A model generated the notes under the pieces. It was not told the DNA's origin and made no database searches. It saw only the letters and a list, made by a program, of their open reading frames with translations. A stretch of 64,000 bases of DNA, taken from positions 32,001-96,000 of the forward strand of contig JBFXKG010000007.1 of assembly GCA_050174015.1 (NCBI GenBank), in the 5' to 3' direction. Of the stretch, positions 39,027-50,707 are shown piece after piece. Position numbers and translations under genes: made by a program. How positions within the stretch are numbered: the first letter of the stretch is position 1; every line of letters starts with the position of its first letter. The DNA comes from Candidatus Krumholzibacteriia bacterium. GTDB taxonomy: Bacteria > Krumholzibacteriota > Krumholzibacteriia > LZORAL124-64-63.

Positions 39027-40058
39027 ATGACGAACGAAAACAGGAGGGCCTTCATCCGGTCCCTTCCCCTGGCGGACATCCACCGCCATTTCGACGGATC
39101 CATCCGCCCGGCGACCCTCTGGGAGCTTTCCGAGAAGTACTACAGCGCCGTGCCGGGACTCGATTACGAGCAGTTCCGGCACTACCTGCAATGGGACGAG
39201 TCCCAGGACAGCACCCTGCTGGACTACCTGGACAAGTTCCACGTCCCGCTGCAGTACACGCAGTTCTACGACAACATCCGCCGCATCAGCTACGAGCTGG
39301 CCGAGGACGCCTACCTCGACGGGGTCCGGCTGCTGGAACTGCGCATCAACCCCCTGATCCACCGCCGGGCGGGCCTGACCACCCGGCAGGTCCTCGCCGC
39401 CACCCGCAAGGGGCTGGACACCTTCTCCTCCCGGCACCCGGACTTCCAGGCCGGGATGATCGTCATCGCCATGCGCAACCACGGGGGCAACATGGCCCGC
39501 ATCCTGCTGCGCGAGGTGATCGGCGAGAAGGATGAATTCCACGACGGGGTTGGGGTGGTCGGCTTCGACATCGCCGGGCACGAGGCGCCCTTCCCCCCGG
39601 TGCTGTTCGCCGAAGCCTACGAACTGGCCGGCCTGATGGGCCTGAAGAAGACGGCCCACGCGGGCGAGAGCGAGGGGCCCGAACGCATCTGGGAGGCCCT
39701 GGACAACCTGGGGCCCGACCGCATCGGGCACGGGACCAGCGCCGGGGACGACCCGGAGCTGATCAAGCGCCTGGCCCGCGACGGGATCTACCTCGAGGTC
39801 TGCCTCTCGTCGAACGTCCAGACCGGGGCCGTCGCCTCCCTGAAGGATCATCCCCTGCCCCGGTTCCTCGACGCCGGCGTCAAGGTCGCCCTCTGCACCG
39901 ACAACCCCACCGTCAGCAGCACCACCCTGGCCCGGGAGTACGAACTCGCCATGGAGACCTTCGGGTTCAGCGAGGCGGACGTCCGCGACCTGGCCCGGAT
40001 GTCCTGCCGGGGCACTTTTTTGGCCGAGGGCTGCAGGAGCTGGGGACCGCAGGACTGA
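39027..40058 (+). CDS. add: Adenosine deaminase
   Basis: DIHRHFDGS, GFDIAG.E, AHAGE, RIGHG, EVC.SSN, TDNP. Confidence 0.9.
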   Translation: MTNENRRAFIRSLPLADIHRHFDGSIRPATLWELSEKYYSAVPGLDYEQFRHYLQWDESQDSTLLDYLDKFHVPLQYTQFYDNIRRISYELAEDAYLDGVRLLELRINPLIHRRAGLTTRQVLAATRKGLDTFSSRHPDFQAGMIVIAMRNHGGNMARILLREVIGEKDEFHDGVGVVGFDIAGHEAPFPPVLFAEAYELAGLMGLKKTAHAGESEGPERIWEALDNLGPDRIGHGTSAGDDPELIKRLARDGIYLEVCLSSNVQTGAVASLKDHPLPRFLDAGVKVALCTDNPTVSSTTLAREYELAMETFGFSEADVRDLARMSCRGTFLAEGCRSWGPQD

Positions 40059-40165
40059 GCTCACCCGGGGGAACGGCTTTCTGCGGGGGACTTGCCAGCC
40101 CTGGGGGCGGCGTGTAATTTCCCGGTGAATCCATGAGGAATCCGAACCTTGACCGAGGGTGGACC

Positions 40166-41329
40166 ATGAAGAAGAAGATCAAGCGGATCGCGATCCTGAC
40201 CGGCGGCGGAGACGTGCCCGGCCTCAACTCGGCCATGAAGCAGGTCATCCAGCGGGCCGAGAAGGAAGGCATCGAGGTCTACGGCTTCAAGCGCGGCTGG
40301 GCAGGCCTGGCGCACTACGAGCACGACAAGGGCCTGGAGGGCAACACGGAGTGGATCCGGCCGTTGACCTTCGCCGACGTGCGCACCATCGACCGTTACG
40401 GCGGCACCTTCCTGCACACTTCCCGCACCAATCCGGGCAAGGTGCGCGAGAAGGACATGCCCGAGCACCTGAAGAAGGACGGGATCACCTATCCCGCGGA
40501 CATCACCGACACGGTGGTGGCCAACCTCGAGTCGCTGGAGATCGACGCCCTGATCCCCATCGGCGGCGACGACACGCTGAGCTACGCGGCGCGCCTGAAC
40601 CAGGCCGGCTACCCGCAGATCGCCATCCCCAAGACCATGGACAACGACGTCTTCGGGACCGATTACTGCATCGGTTTCGGGACGGCGATCACCCGCAGCG
40701 TCCAGGCCATCCACGACCTGCGCACGCCCATCGGCAGCCACGAGCGCATCGGGGTGATCGAGCTGTTCGGCCGCAACAGCGGCGAGACCGCGCTGATCGC
40801 CAGCTACCTGGCCAGCGTGGACCGCGCGGTGATCTCCGAGGTGCCCTTCGACATCGAGCGCCTGGCGGAGATGGCCCTCAACGACAAGAAGCGCAATCCG
40901 AGCCATTACTCGGTGATCACCATCAGCGAGGGGGCCCTGCCCGTCGGTGGCCAGATCCATCAGAAGGGCGAGAAGGACGCCTACGGCCACCAGAAGCTGG
41001 GCGGGATCGGCCACTGGACCGCCGAGAAGATCAAGGAGATCACCGGTAAGGGCGTGACCTACCAGCAGCTGGGGTACATGATGCGCTGCGGCGCCCCGGA
41101 CGCCCTGGACCGCATGGTGGCCATGAACTTCGGCAACCTGGCCATGGACATGCTCCTTGACGGGGCCAGCGGCCTGATGACCGCCCTGCACGAGGGCAAG
41201 TACACCACCGTGGGCCTGAACTCGGTGATCGAGGGCGTCAAGCGCGTCGAGGTGGATCGCTTCTACGACACGCAGGAGTACAAGCCGGTCATCCGGCGGG
41301 TGCAGAACCTGCCCATGTTCCTCAGATAG
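40166..41329 (+). CDS. pfkA: 6-phosphofructokinase (GGDD type, probably PPi-dependent)
   Basis: [42 protein letters not shown]. Confidence 0.9.
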   Translation: MKKKIKRIAILTGGGDVPGLNSAMKQVIQRAEKEGIEVYGFKRGWAGLAHYEHDKGLEGNTEWIRPLTFADVRTIDRYGGTFLHTSRTNPGKVREKDMPEHLKKDGITYPADITDTVVANLESLEIDALIPIGGDDTLSYAARLNQAGYPQIAIPKTMDNDVFGTDYCIGFGTAITRSVQAIHDLRTPIGSHERIGVIELFGRNSGETALIASYLASVDRAVISEVPFDIERLAEMALNDKKRNPSHYSVITISEGALPVGGQIHQKGEKDAYGHQKLGGIGHWTAEKIKEITGKGVTYQQLGYMMRCGAPDALDRMVAMNFGNLAMDMLLDGASGLMTALHEGKYTTVGLNSVIEGVKRVEVDRFYDTQEYKPVIRRVQNLPMFLR

Positions 41330-41341
41330 AACGGGAGGGCC

Positions 41342-42955
41342 ATGTCCCGCGGCCCGTTGCTCAGCCTGCTGCTGGCCGCCGCCGTCCTGGCGGCGGCCGG
41401 GTTCTTCCTGCGCGGTTACACCACCGACGACACCTTCATCCACCTGCGCTACGCCGAGAACCTGCTCGAGCGGGGCGAGTTCTCCTTCAATCCCGGCGAG
41501 CGCTCCTACGGCGCCACCAGCCCCCTGTGGATCTTCGGCCTCGCCCTGCTTTTGACCCTGGGCGCGCCGCCCCTGCTGGCCGCCTGGCTGCTGGGCGCCC
41601 TGTGCGGGCTGCTGGTGGTCCTGCTGATCTGGAGCATGGTGGGGCGGCTCGAGCTGCCCCCGGCCTGGGGGGCCGCGGTCCTGCTGCTCGCGGCCGGCGA
41701 CGTCTGGTTCCTGCGCTGGTCCTTTTCGGGGATGGAGACGCCCCTGGCCACCGCCCTGTTGCTGGTCATGGTGTGGCCCCTGATCCATCGCGGCGGTCTG
41801 CCCGCCGGCCCGGGCGTCTGGCGTCTGCACCTGGCCTGGGGCGTGGCGGCGGGTCTGGCCGCCCTGACCCGGCCCGAGTTCATGGTGATCGTCCCGCTGG
41901 CCTGGCCCTGGCTCACCTGGGCGGGCGGAGGGGGGTCACGGTCGGCGGGGACGCCGCTGATTGCCCGGCTGGGCGCGGCGGTCGCGGGCTGGCTGGTGGT
42001 GATGGGCCCCTGGCTGGCCTATGCCTGGAGCGCCTTCGGGCGATTGACCCCCGGCACCGCCAGCGCCAAGAGCGCCGCGGCCACCCTGGATCCGCTGGTG
42101 ATGGGCGGCTACCTGTGGCAGAGCGCCAAGGTCCTGGGGCTGACCCAGGGCGTGATGTGGTTGGCCCTGGCGGCCCTGGCTGCGGTCCTGGCGTTGCGGA
42201 ACCGTCTCCCTGCCCCGGGAGTGGACGCGTCCGCCGCTCCGGCGTTCCGCCGGGACGTCGCCCTGGCCGGGATCGCGATGACCTGGGCGGCGGCGCTGAT
42301 GGGCGGATACGCCGCCAAGCAGGTCTGGATCATCTCCCGCTACATCTGCCCGCTCGCTCCGGTCCTGCTGCTGGCCGCCGCGGTCCTGGCCCGCCGCCTT
42401 GCGGCCGGGTCGCCGGGAGGGACGCGAGTCGCCGCCTCGATCCTGGGACCGGCGGCGATCGTGACGCTGGCAGTCAACGCGGCGGTGTTCACGGACCAGG
42501 TGGTGCCCCACGCCCGCACCTTCCCATTGGGGATCAAGGAATGCTACGTGGGAATGGGGGAGTGGATCCGGGACAACGCCGAGCAGGACGCGGTGGTGGC
42601 GGCCCTGGACATCGGAGCGGTCGGCTACGCAAGCGGGCGAAGGGTCCTGGATTTGATGGGTCTGGTCAGCCCCGAGGTGCTCGCCGTGGGCCTGGAGATG
42701 GGCTTCCAGGACATGGTGACCGGCGGGGCCTGGCTGGAGATCGGGGGCGGAGACGACTCGCGTCCGGACTACTTCATCGACCGCAGCGAAGGGGAGCCCC
42801 GGTGGGAGGGTCGGACGGTCCGCGGGGTGCGTTTCGAACTGCTGGACACCTGCGAGATCGCCGGGGTGGGGTTGCGCGAACCCCAGCCCTGGACTGTCGC
42901 CCTCTACCGCCTGATCCCCTCGGAGACCCGGACGAGGCCCTCGGCCGGCGGATAG
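41342..42955 (+). CDS. Polytopic membrane glycosyltransferase (GT-C/ArnT-like)
   Basis: DDTFIHLRYAENL..G..FNPGE...TSPLW, SGMET, LTRPE, many TM helices, DIGAVGY. Confidence 0.72.
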   Translation: MSRGPLLSLLLAAAVLAAAGFFLRGYTTDDTFIHLRYAENLLERGEFSFNPGERSYGATSPLWIFGLALLLTLGAPPLLAAWLLGALCGLLVVLLIWSMVGRLELPPAWGAAVLLLAAGDVWFLRWSFSGMETPLATALLLVMVWPLIHRGGLPAGPGVWRLHLAWGVAAGLAALTRPEFMVIVPLAWPWLTWAGGGGSRSAGTPLIARLGAAVAGWLVVMGPWLAYAWSAFGRLTPGTASAKSAAATLDPLVMGGYLWQSAKVLGLTQGVMWLALAALAAVLALRNRLPAPGVDASAAPAFRRDVALAGIAMTWAAALMGGYAAKQVWIISRYICPLAPVLLLAAAVLARRLAAGSPGGTRVAASILGPAAIVTLAVNAAVFTDQVVPHARTFPLGIKECYVGMGEWIRDNAEQDAVVAALDIGAVGYASGRRVLDLMGLVSPEVLAVGLEMGFQDMVTGGAWLEIGGGDDSRPDYFIDRSEGEPRWEGRTVRGVRFELLDTCEIAGVGLREPQPWTVALYRLIPSETRTRPSAGG

Positions 42956-44178
42956 CTCTCGGCCTTGAGCCGCTTGATGATCAGCAGGCTCGCGTCGTCA
43001 TCCAGGGGCTGGTTGTCCCCGAACTTCCGCACCCGGTCGAGGATCCGGCAGGCGACGTCCTCGGCGGGCAGGTCCATCAGCTCCAGGCCGGCCTCGATCA
43101 GGCTCTCCCTCCCGAATTCCCGCAACCCCTGGTCCTGGACCAGGCCGCCGGTCGTCTTCCGTTCGGTCACGCCGTCCGTGTACATGATCAGCATCTCGCC
43201 GGGCCGCAGGTTGACGTAGTTGCGGCGGTAGACGGCTTCGGGCAGGGGGCCGAGCACCGGGCCGCAGGTCTTCAGCTCGAAGACCTCCTGCTGGGGGGTC
43301 AGCAGCAGGGGCTGGCAGTGGCCGCCGTTGACGTAGGCGAAGTTGCCCGTGTCCTCGAGCTCGCCGTAGAACAGCGAGATGAACCGGCTGGCCAGCCCGC
43401 TCTGGTGGATGACCCGGTTCAGGCGGCTGACGGTCGCGGTGATCTTCTCGTCCTTGGCCTGGCCCATGCGCATGCCGATGACCACGTCGCGGGCCTGCAG
43501 GGCGGCGGGCAGGCCGTGGCCCGAGGCGTCGGCGAGCATCACCCCCAGCACCCCTTCCTCCACGCGCTGGAGGTCGTAGACGTCGCCGCCGACCTCCTCG
43601 GCGGGCAACGAGACCGCCGCGATGTCGAAGCCCTTGAGCTCGGGCAGGTGGGACGGCAGCAGGGAGGCCTGGATGGTCCGCGCCTGCTTCATCTGGTTGG
43701 CCAGGGCCTGCTCCCTCAGCTTCAGGCCCACCGCGGCGCGCAGGGTCTCCAGCAGCACCAGCAGCTGGCTCTCGCTGCCGTGGTGGCGGATGCCCAGGCT
43801 GAGGATGTAGGCGGGGTCGCGGCCGACGAGGATGGCGGCCGAATCCATGTCGCTGAACTGGGACTCCACCTGGGGGTCGAAGCCTGGCGTCTCGGGCGAG
43901 ATCAGCCACAGGCGTCGGCGCTGGATGTCCTGCACCACCTGGTAGTCCTTGCTGACGGTCTTGCCGGTGATCTGGGGCCCGTGGCCGCTGACGCTCCTGA
44001 TCAGCAGGTAGTCCTGTTCGCGTTCGCGGTACAGCCGGCCGCTGACCACGCCGAGGGCCTGCATGTCGTCGCTCTCGACCAGCTGGAAGAGGATGTCCTC
44101 GAGCATCTGCTCGTCGCCGGCGGAACTGTCGATCTTCTCGAACAGCTTCTCCACCATGCGGTAAAGTTTCTTGGGCAA
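42904..44178 (-). CDS. PP2C/SpoIIE-family phosphatase with an N-terminal GAF-like region
   Basis: IQASLLP, VGGDVYD, LADASGHG, NGGH..P, YTDGVTE, DDASL; TTG start after GAGGAG. Confidence 0.9.
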   Translation of the reverse strand: MPKKLYRMVEKLFEKIDSSAGDEQMLEDILFQLVESDDMQALGVVSGRLYREREQDYLLIRSVSGHGPQITGKTVSKDYQVVQDIQRRRLWLISPETPGFDPQVESQFSDMDSAAILVGRDPAYILSLGIRHHGSESQLLVLLETLRAAVGLKLREQALANQMKQARTIQASLLPSHLPELKGFDIAAVSLPAEEVGGDVYDLQRVEEGVLGVMLADASGHGLPAALQARDVVIGMRMGQAKDEKITATVSRLNRVIHQSGLASRFISLFYGELEDTGNFAYVNGGHCQPLLLTPQQEVFELKTCGPVLGPLPEAVYRRNYVNLRPGEMLIMYTDGVTERKTTGGLVQDQGLREFGRESLIEAGLELMDLPAEDVACRILDRVRKFGDNQPLDDDASLLIIKRLKAESYPPAEGLVRVSEGIRR

Positions 44179-44412
44179 GGCCTGCTCCTCGTCGACGGGA
44201 ATCGGAATCGAGCGTCAATAGTAATGCCTTACGCGGGGAATTGCCCGTAAGTTCTCCGCCAAATTCCCTGCCCCGGAAATTGGGCGGAACCCCCGCCCCA
44301 GGCTGGACGTTCCGGTCGGGTGGGCCTATCGTCTACCCTGGACCGATCATGAATCATCCAGGCCTGGGCCGCCCGACACCCCTGGAAACCGTGTGAACCG
44401 AAAGGACCGGCC

Positions 44413-45392
<980 letters not shown>

Positions 45393-45396
<4 letters not shown>

Positions 45397-46289
45397 GCAG
45401 CCACCTGCTCAGCCCCGAGACCGTCGGTCGGATCGGCCGGCTGGATCTGATCGCCCGCCTGGTGGTCGAGGGGTTCCTGACGGGTCTGCACAAGAGCCCC
45501 TACCACGGCTTCAGCGCCGAGTTCGCCGAGTACCGCCAGTACATCCCCGGGGAACCGGTGCTGAACATGGACTGGCGGGTCTACGCCAAGACCGACCGCC
45601 ATTACCTGAAGGTGTTCACCGAGGAGACCAACCTGAGGGCCACCATCCTGGTGGATTGCTCGGCCAGCATGGACTTCCGCGGCGATGACCGGCTGCCCAC
45701 CAAGAAGACCTATGCCGGGTACCTGGCGTCGGCCCTCAGCTACCTGCTGCTCCGCCAGAACGACGCGGTGGGGCTGGTGACCTTCGACGAGGCGCCCCTG
45801 GCGGTGGTGCCCGCGCGCTCGGTGCGCCGCCAGCTCTTCCAGGTCCTCAAGGTGCTCGACGACCTGCCGCCGGGCCGCGGGACCGATCTGGGCGAGGTCC
45901 TGCACCGGGTGGCCGAGCGCATCCCCCGCCGGGGTCTGGTCCTGCTGCTGAGCGACATGCTGGACGAGTCGGCGAAGATCGTCGATGGCCTGAAGCACTT
46001 CCGGCACCGCGGCCACGAGGTGGTGGCGTTCCAGATCCTCGACCCCCGCGAGCTGGACCTGGGCTTCGACGGCGAGGTGGAGTTCGAGGCCATGGAGCAG
46101 CCAGGCCGGAAGGTCCGGCTGGAGCCCGCCCACCTGCGGGACGGCTACCAGCGGCGATTCGACGGTTGGCGCGCCGATCTGCGGCGCGAGTGCCGCGGCC
46201 AGAGGGTCGACCTCGTCGAGGTCACCACCGACACGCCTTTCGCCAAGAGCCTGGCGGCCTACCTTCAGAAACGGCGGCGGTTGTACTGA
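45393..46289 (+). CDS. DUF58 protein
   Basis: G.HKSP..G.S.EF.EYR.Y.PG....DW...AKTD; DCSASM; overlaps the moxR stop. Confidence 0.92.
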
Positions 46290-48418
46290 TGCCGATCTCC
46301 TTCGCCAACCCGCTGCTGCTGTTCGGCGCCCTGGGGGCGTCGCTGCCGGTGATCATCCACTTCCTGAGCCGGCGGCGGGTCCGGAGGCGGATGTTCAGCG
46401 ACCTGCGTTTCCTCTCGGAGGTCCAGTCCCGTCAAGCTCGCAGCCTGGGCATCCGGCGCTGGATCCTGCTGCTGTTGCGGGTGCTGGCCATCCTGTGCCT
46501 GGTCCTGGCCGTGGCCGGGCCTCGCTGGGGTGGGGCATCGGGAGGGGCCCGGGACCGTTCGGTCCTGTTCGTCATCGACACCAGCGCCAGCATGAACACC
46601 CAGATGGACCAGGGCACGCGGCTCGATGCCGCCGTCGAGGCCTGCCGCGCCATGATCGCCTCCCTTCCCGGCCAGACGACCGTCCAGGTGATGGCCGCAG
46701 GCGGGGTGATCCTGCCCCTGTTCGCCGACTGGATCCCGGCGGGTTCGGTGCCCGGCGACGCCCTCGAAGGCATCCGGCCCACCGATGGTTCGTTCGAGCT
46801 GGGGGACGTCCTCCAGCAGGCCGCCGGTCCGGTGGCGCGGGCCCCCGCAGCGGCTGTCGACCTGGTCCTGCTCAGCGACCTGCAGAAGATCCGGGCCATC
46901 CCCGACCTCGAGGAGGCGGTCGCGCGCCTGCAGGCCGCCCGACCCGTCAAGGTTCTGGTCTCGCGGATCGGGGTCGATGCGCCCGGAGGGGCCGTCCTGG
47001 CCGTGGAGATGCCCCAGCGCGCCCTGCGCCCGGGCGAGACCATCGCGCTGGAGGTGGTGGCCCTCCCTGATCATCCCGACCAGACCTTCGTCCTGGAGTT
47101 CGACGGGTTGCCGGTCGCCGAGACGGTGGCCGCCGGTCCCGCCCAGGGGGTCAGGAGGCTCGCGTTTTCCCTGACGGTCCCCGGACCGGGCGTCCACCGG
47201 GGCCTCGTGCGCAAGGAAAGCGACCGCCTGCCCCAGGACGACGCCCTGCCCTTCATCCTCAACGTGCCTCCGGCCCTGGAGGTGATCCTGGCGCACGGGG
47301 CGGACCGTCCGGCCGACGGCGCTCCCGGCCGGGGCGGCAGGCGCTTCCTGGAGCAGGCGCTGGCTCCCCAGGGTTCGCGGTCCCAGTTCCGGGTCCGGCC
47401 GATCCCGAGCGGGGATCTGGCCACAGGGGACCTGGCCGCCGCCGGCCTCCTGGCGCTGGTCGATCCCGATCCCCTGGGCCGCCGCAATCTCGAAGGGGTG
47501 ATCGCCTGGGTCCGGGGCGGCGGATCGCTGCTGCTGGTGGCCGGGGACCCCACCCTGCAGGGGTATCTCGCCGAGACCCTGCTGCCGGCCCTGGGACTGC
47601 CGGGGGAGGGCACGGTCTTCAGGAACGAGGAATCAGGGAACGGGCGCCGCATGCGCCTGGTGACCAACGGCCATCCCGTGGTCCAGGGTTTTCCTGCCGA
47701 GGCTCTGGGAACCCTCCAGGACGCCGTCTGGCGCCGCTGGTTCCGGATCCGCGAAGGCGACGCGCGGCCTCTGCTGACCCTGGCCGGAGGCGATCCCATC
47801 CTGCTGGAAGGGGATCTCGGCGAAGGGCGGTTCGCCGTCCTGGCCGCCAACTTCAGGCCGGAAAGCGGGACCTTCGCCACCGGGGCCATGGCCCTGCCGA
47901 CCATGCAGCGCCTGGCCGCCTGGCTGGCCGGCGCCGGCTTGCTCCAGGAATCGGGCAACGTGGTCGCGGGCCAGGAGGCCACCATCGCCCTGGCGGTTCC
48001 GGGCGCCGTCGCCGGGCTGGGCAGCACGCCGATCCAGGCGATCCACCCCGGGAAGGACGACGTGCGTCCGGCCAGGATCGACTGGCGAGCAGGCCGGCCC
48101 GTCCTGGCCGGGGGCACGGCCGTCAGGACCGGATTCGTGACCTTCGTGGGGGACGGGGACACCCTGGCCTCGGTGGCGGTGGCCACGCCCGGAGCCGAGT
48201 CGGGCCGATCCCTCCTGGAGCCCCGCGAATGGCGGGAACTCATGCGTTTGCACGGTTTGCCGGTCACCGGCGATCTGACCGGGACCGCCCCGGGAGACTT
48301 CGCAACCGCCCTGGTGGGCCGCAACCTCGCGCCCTGGTTGCTGCTGGTGACGGTGCTGCTGCTGCTGGTCGAACTTCACGTGGGCCGGGGTGTTTCTCCG
48401 GCCCCCTCTCCCGCGTAG
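46289..48418 (+). CDS. BatA (aerotolerance N-terminal) + vWA domain membrane protein
   Basis: FANP.LL....PVIIHFL.RRR.....FSDL.FL; MIDAS IDTSASM; LLSD; C-terminal TM helix. Confidence 0.85.
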   Translation: MPISFANPLLLFGALGASLPVIIHFLSRRRVRRRMFSDLRFLSEVQSRQARSLGIRRWILLLLRVLAILCLVLAVAGPRWGGASGGARDRSVLFVIDTSASMNTQMDQGTRLDAAVEACRAMIASLPGQTTVQVMAAGGVILPLFADWIPAGSVPGDALEGIRPTDGSFELGDVLQQAAGPVARAPAAAVDLVLLSDLQKIRAIPDLEEAVARLQAARPVKVLVSRIGVDAPGGAVLAVEMPQRALRPGETIALEVVALPDHPDQTFVLEFDGLPVAETVAAGPAQGVRRLAFSLTVPGPGVHRGLVRKESDRLPQDDALPFILNVPPALEVILAHGADRPADGAPGRGGRRFLEQALAPQGSRSQFRVRPIPSGDLATGDLAAAGLLALVDPDPLGRRNLEGVIAWVRGGGSLLLVAGDPTLQGYLAETLLPALGLPGEGTVFRNEESGNGRRMRLVTNGHPVVQGFPAEALGTLQDAVWRRWFRIREGDARPLLTLAGGDPILLEGDLGEGRFAVLAANFRPESGTFATGAMALPTMQRLAAWLAGAGLLQESGNVVAGQEATIALAVPGAVAGLGSTPIQAIHPGKDDVRPARIDWRAGRPVLAGGTAVRTGFVTFVGDGDTLASVAVATPGAESGRSLLEPREWRELMRLHGLPVTGDLTGTAPGDFATALVGRNLAPWLLLVTVLLLLVELHVGRGVSPAPSPA

Positions 48419-48512
48419 TTGATAATTGCTGTTTTTGGTCTACTTTTCTTCCAGGGACGGCTCCGCCGCGGGGCCGGCTGCCCGCGTTCGGTCCGGTGCC
48501 AAAGGAACGTCC

Positions 48513-49448
48513 ATGTGGAACTACTCCGAAAAAGTCTTCGACCATTTCATGAATCCCCGCAACGTCGGGGAAATCGAGGAAGCCGACGGGGTCGGTGAAG
48601 TCGGGTCCATGGCCTGCGGTGACGCCCTGCGCCTGACCTTCAAGCTGGGCCCGGACGGCCGCATCGCCGACGCCAGGTTCCAGACCTTCGGTTGCGGCAG
48701 CGCCATCGCCAGCAGCAGCATGCTGACCGAGATGATCAAGGGCAAGACCCTCGAGGAGGCGGCCCGGATCACCAACGAGGACATCGCCGCCGAACTGGGC
48801 GGGCTGCCGCGCGAGAAGATGCACTGCTCGGTCATGGGGCGGGAGGCCCTCGAGGCGGCCATGATCGACTACTACAAGCGCCTGGGGCGCGGGGTGCCCT
48901 GCGACCTGCTGCACAAGGAGACCCTCCTGTGCCACTGCTTCCAGGTCAGCAAGGACACCGTCCGGCAGGCCATCTTCGACCATCGCCTGACCGAGATCGA
49001 GGACGTGACCAACTACACCAAGGCCGGCGGAGGCTGCACCGACTGCCATCACGACATCGCGGACCTGATCCGCGACTGCTGGGAGAAGATCGACCGGGGG
49101 GATGCTCCACAGCCCAAGGGGGCCGAGAAGCTGGTGCAACTGGGGACCGTGCCCCCGGCCCCGGCTGCGGTCGCCGCCGCCGCTCCCGTCGCAGCGCCCG
49201 CCGATCCCGCCGCCGATCCCCTGGTCGCGCGCATCAAGGAGCTGCTCAACAACGACATCGCCGTCGCCCTGCGCAACGACGGCGGCGACATCGAATTCAT
49301 CCGCTACCAGGACAAGAAGGTCTTCGTGCGCCTGACCGGGGCCTGCGCCGCCTGCCGCGCCTCGGACGCCACCATCAAGGGCTTCGTCCAGTCCCAGCTC
49401 CGCGAGTTCATCGACCCCGGACTCGAGGTGATCGAGGTGAACAGCTGA
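48513..49448 (+). CDS. nifU: Fe-S scaffold NifU (IscU + BFD-like 2Fe-2S + NifU-C domains)
   Basis: YSEKVFDHFMNPRNVG, ACGD, FGCGSAIASSS, KMHCS, CHCF...GGGCTDC, DGGDIE...GACAAC. Confidence 0.95.
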   Translation: MWNYSEKVFDHFMNPRNVGEIEEADGVGEVGSMACGDALRLTFKLGPDGRIADARFQTFGCGSAIASSSMLTEMIKGKTLEEAARITNEDIAAELGGLPREKMHCSVMGREALEAAMIDYYKRLGRGVPCDLLHKETLLCHCFQVSKDTVRQAIFDHRLTEIEDVTNYTKAGGGCTDCHHDIADLIRDCWEKIDRGDAPQPKGAEKLVQLGTVPPAPAAVAAAAPVAAPADPAADPLVARIKELLNNDIAVALRNDGGDIEFIRYQDKKVFVRLTGACAACRASDATIKGFVQSQLREFIDPGLEVIEVNS

Positions 49449-50680
49449 TGAACGAGGCCCCCGGCACCTTCAATCTCATGGACGGCCTGCCGCCCCGGCC
49501 CGCCAAGGGCGTCTACTTCGACAACAACGCCACCACGCCGGTGGCCCCCGAGGTCGTCGCGGCCATGGTGCCACTGCTCGAGGACGGGTTCGGCAATCCC
49601 TCCAGCATGCACTCCTTCGGCGCCCGCGCCGGGGACGAGGTCGCCGCGGCGCGGGACAAGGTCGCCGCCTTGCTGGGGGCCTCCGCGGCCAACGAGATCG
49701 TCTTCACCGGCGGCGGCAGCGAGAGCGACAACCTGGCCATCGTGGGCACCCTCCACGCCAACCCCGAAAAGCGGCACATCGTGACCACCGCGGTGGAGCA
49801 CCCGGCGGTGCTGGGGCTCTGCCGGGACCTGGAGAAGCGCCACGGCTACGAGGTGACCTTCCTGGGCGTGGACGGGCTCGGCCGCCTGGATCCCGACGAG
49901 CTGCGCGCCTCCCTGAGGGACGACACGGCCATCGTCTCGATCATGATGGCCAACAACGAGACCGGGGTGCTGTTCGACAGCGAGGCCCTGGGAGCCATCG
50001 TCAAGGAACGGGGTGTCGTCTACCACGTGGATGCGGTCCAGGCCGCGGGCAAGCTGCCCCTGGACATGCGGTCATCCACCATCGACCTGCTGTCGATCTC
50101 GGGGCACAAGCTGCATGCGGCCAAGGGCGTGGGCGCCCTCTACGTGCGCAGGGGCACCAAGATCCGCCCCCTGATCGTGGGGGGCCACCAGGAACGCGGC
50201 CGCCGGGCCGGCACCGAGAACGTCCCGGCCATCGCCGGGCTCGGCGTGGCCTGCGACCTGGCCGCCGCCCACCGGGAGGCCGAGGACACCGCCGTGCGCG
50301 CCATGCGGGACCGCCTGGAGGCCGGCCTGCTTGCGGCCATCCCCGACGCCAGGGCGAACGGCGATCCGGAGCGGCGGCTGCCCAACACCACGAACATCAG
50401 CTTCCAGTACATCGAGGGCGAGGGCATCCTGCTGCTGCTCGACCGGGCCGGCGTGGCCGCGAGCAGCGGTTCGGCCTGCACCAGCGGCAGCCTCGAGCCG
50501 TCCCACGTCCTGCGGGCCATGGGCCTGCCGTTCACCCTGGCCCACGGTTCCATCCGCTTCTCGCTTTCGCGCTACAACACCGCCGAGGAAGTGGATTACG
50601 TGATCAAGGTGCTGCCCCCCATCGTGGAACGGCTACGCATGATCACCCCCTTCAACGCCGACCGGGCGACCTTCGGCTAG
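49448..50680 (+). CDS. nifS: Cysteine desulfurase NifS
   Basis: YFDNNATT, GNPSS.H, SGHKLH, GTENV, SSGSACTSGSLEPSHVL; TGATG coupling to nifU. Confidence 0.95.
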   Translation: MNEAPGTFNLMDGLPPRPAKGVYFDNNATTPVAPEVVAAMVPLLEDGFGNPSSMHSFGARAGDEVAAARDKVAALLGASAANEIVFTGGGSESDNLAIVGTLHANPEKRHIVTTAVEHPAVLGLCRDLEKRHGYEVTFLGVDGLGRLDPDELRASLRDDTAIVSIMMANNETGVLFDSEALGAIVKERGVVYHVDAVQAAGKLPLDMRSSTIDLLSISGHKLHAAKGVGALYVRRGTKIRPLIVGGHQERGRRAGTENVPAIAGLGVACDLAAAHREAEDTAVRAMRDRLEAGLLAAIPDARANGDPERRLPNTTNISFQYIEGEGILLLLDRAGVAASSGSACTSGSLEPSHVLRAMGLPFTLAHGSIRFSLSRYNTAEEVDYVIKVLPPIVERLRMITPFNADRATFG

Positions 50681-50707
50681 CCGCCGGGCGAGGGCCCTGC
50701 GGATGGG

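Noticed and set aside
42904..42955. 52-nt convergent overlap between the GT-C and phosphatase genes
   Set aside because: Short 3' overlaps are common in GC-rich genomes; no evidence of function.
48513..50680. nifU/nifS as evidence of nitrogen fixation
   Set aside because: No nifHDK in the window; this pair is a common housekeeping Fe-S system.
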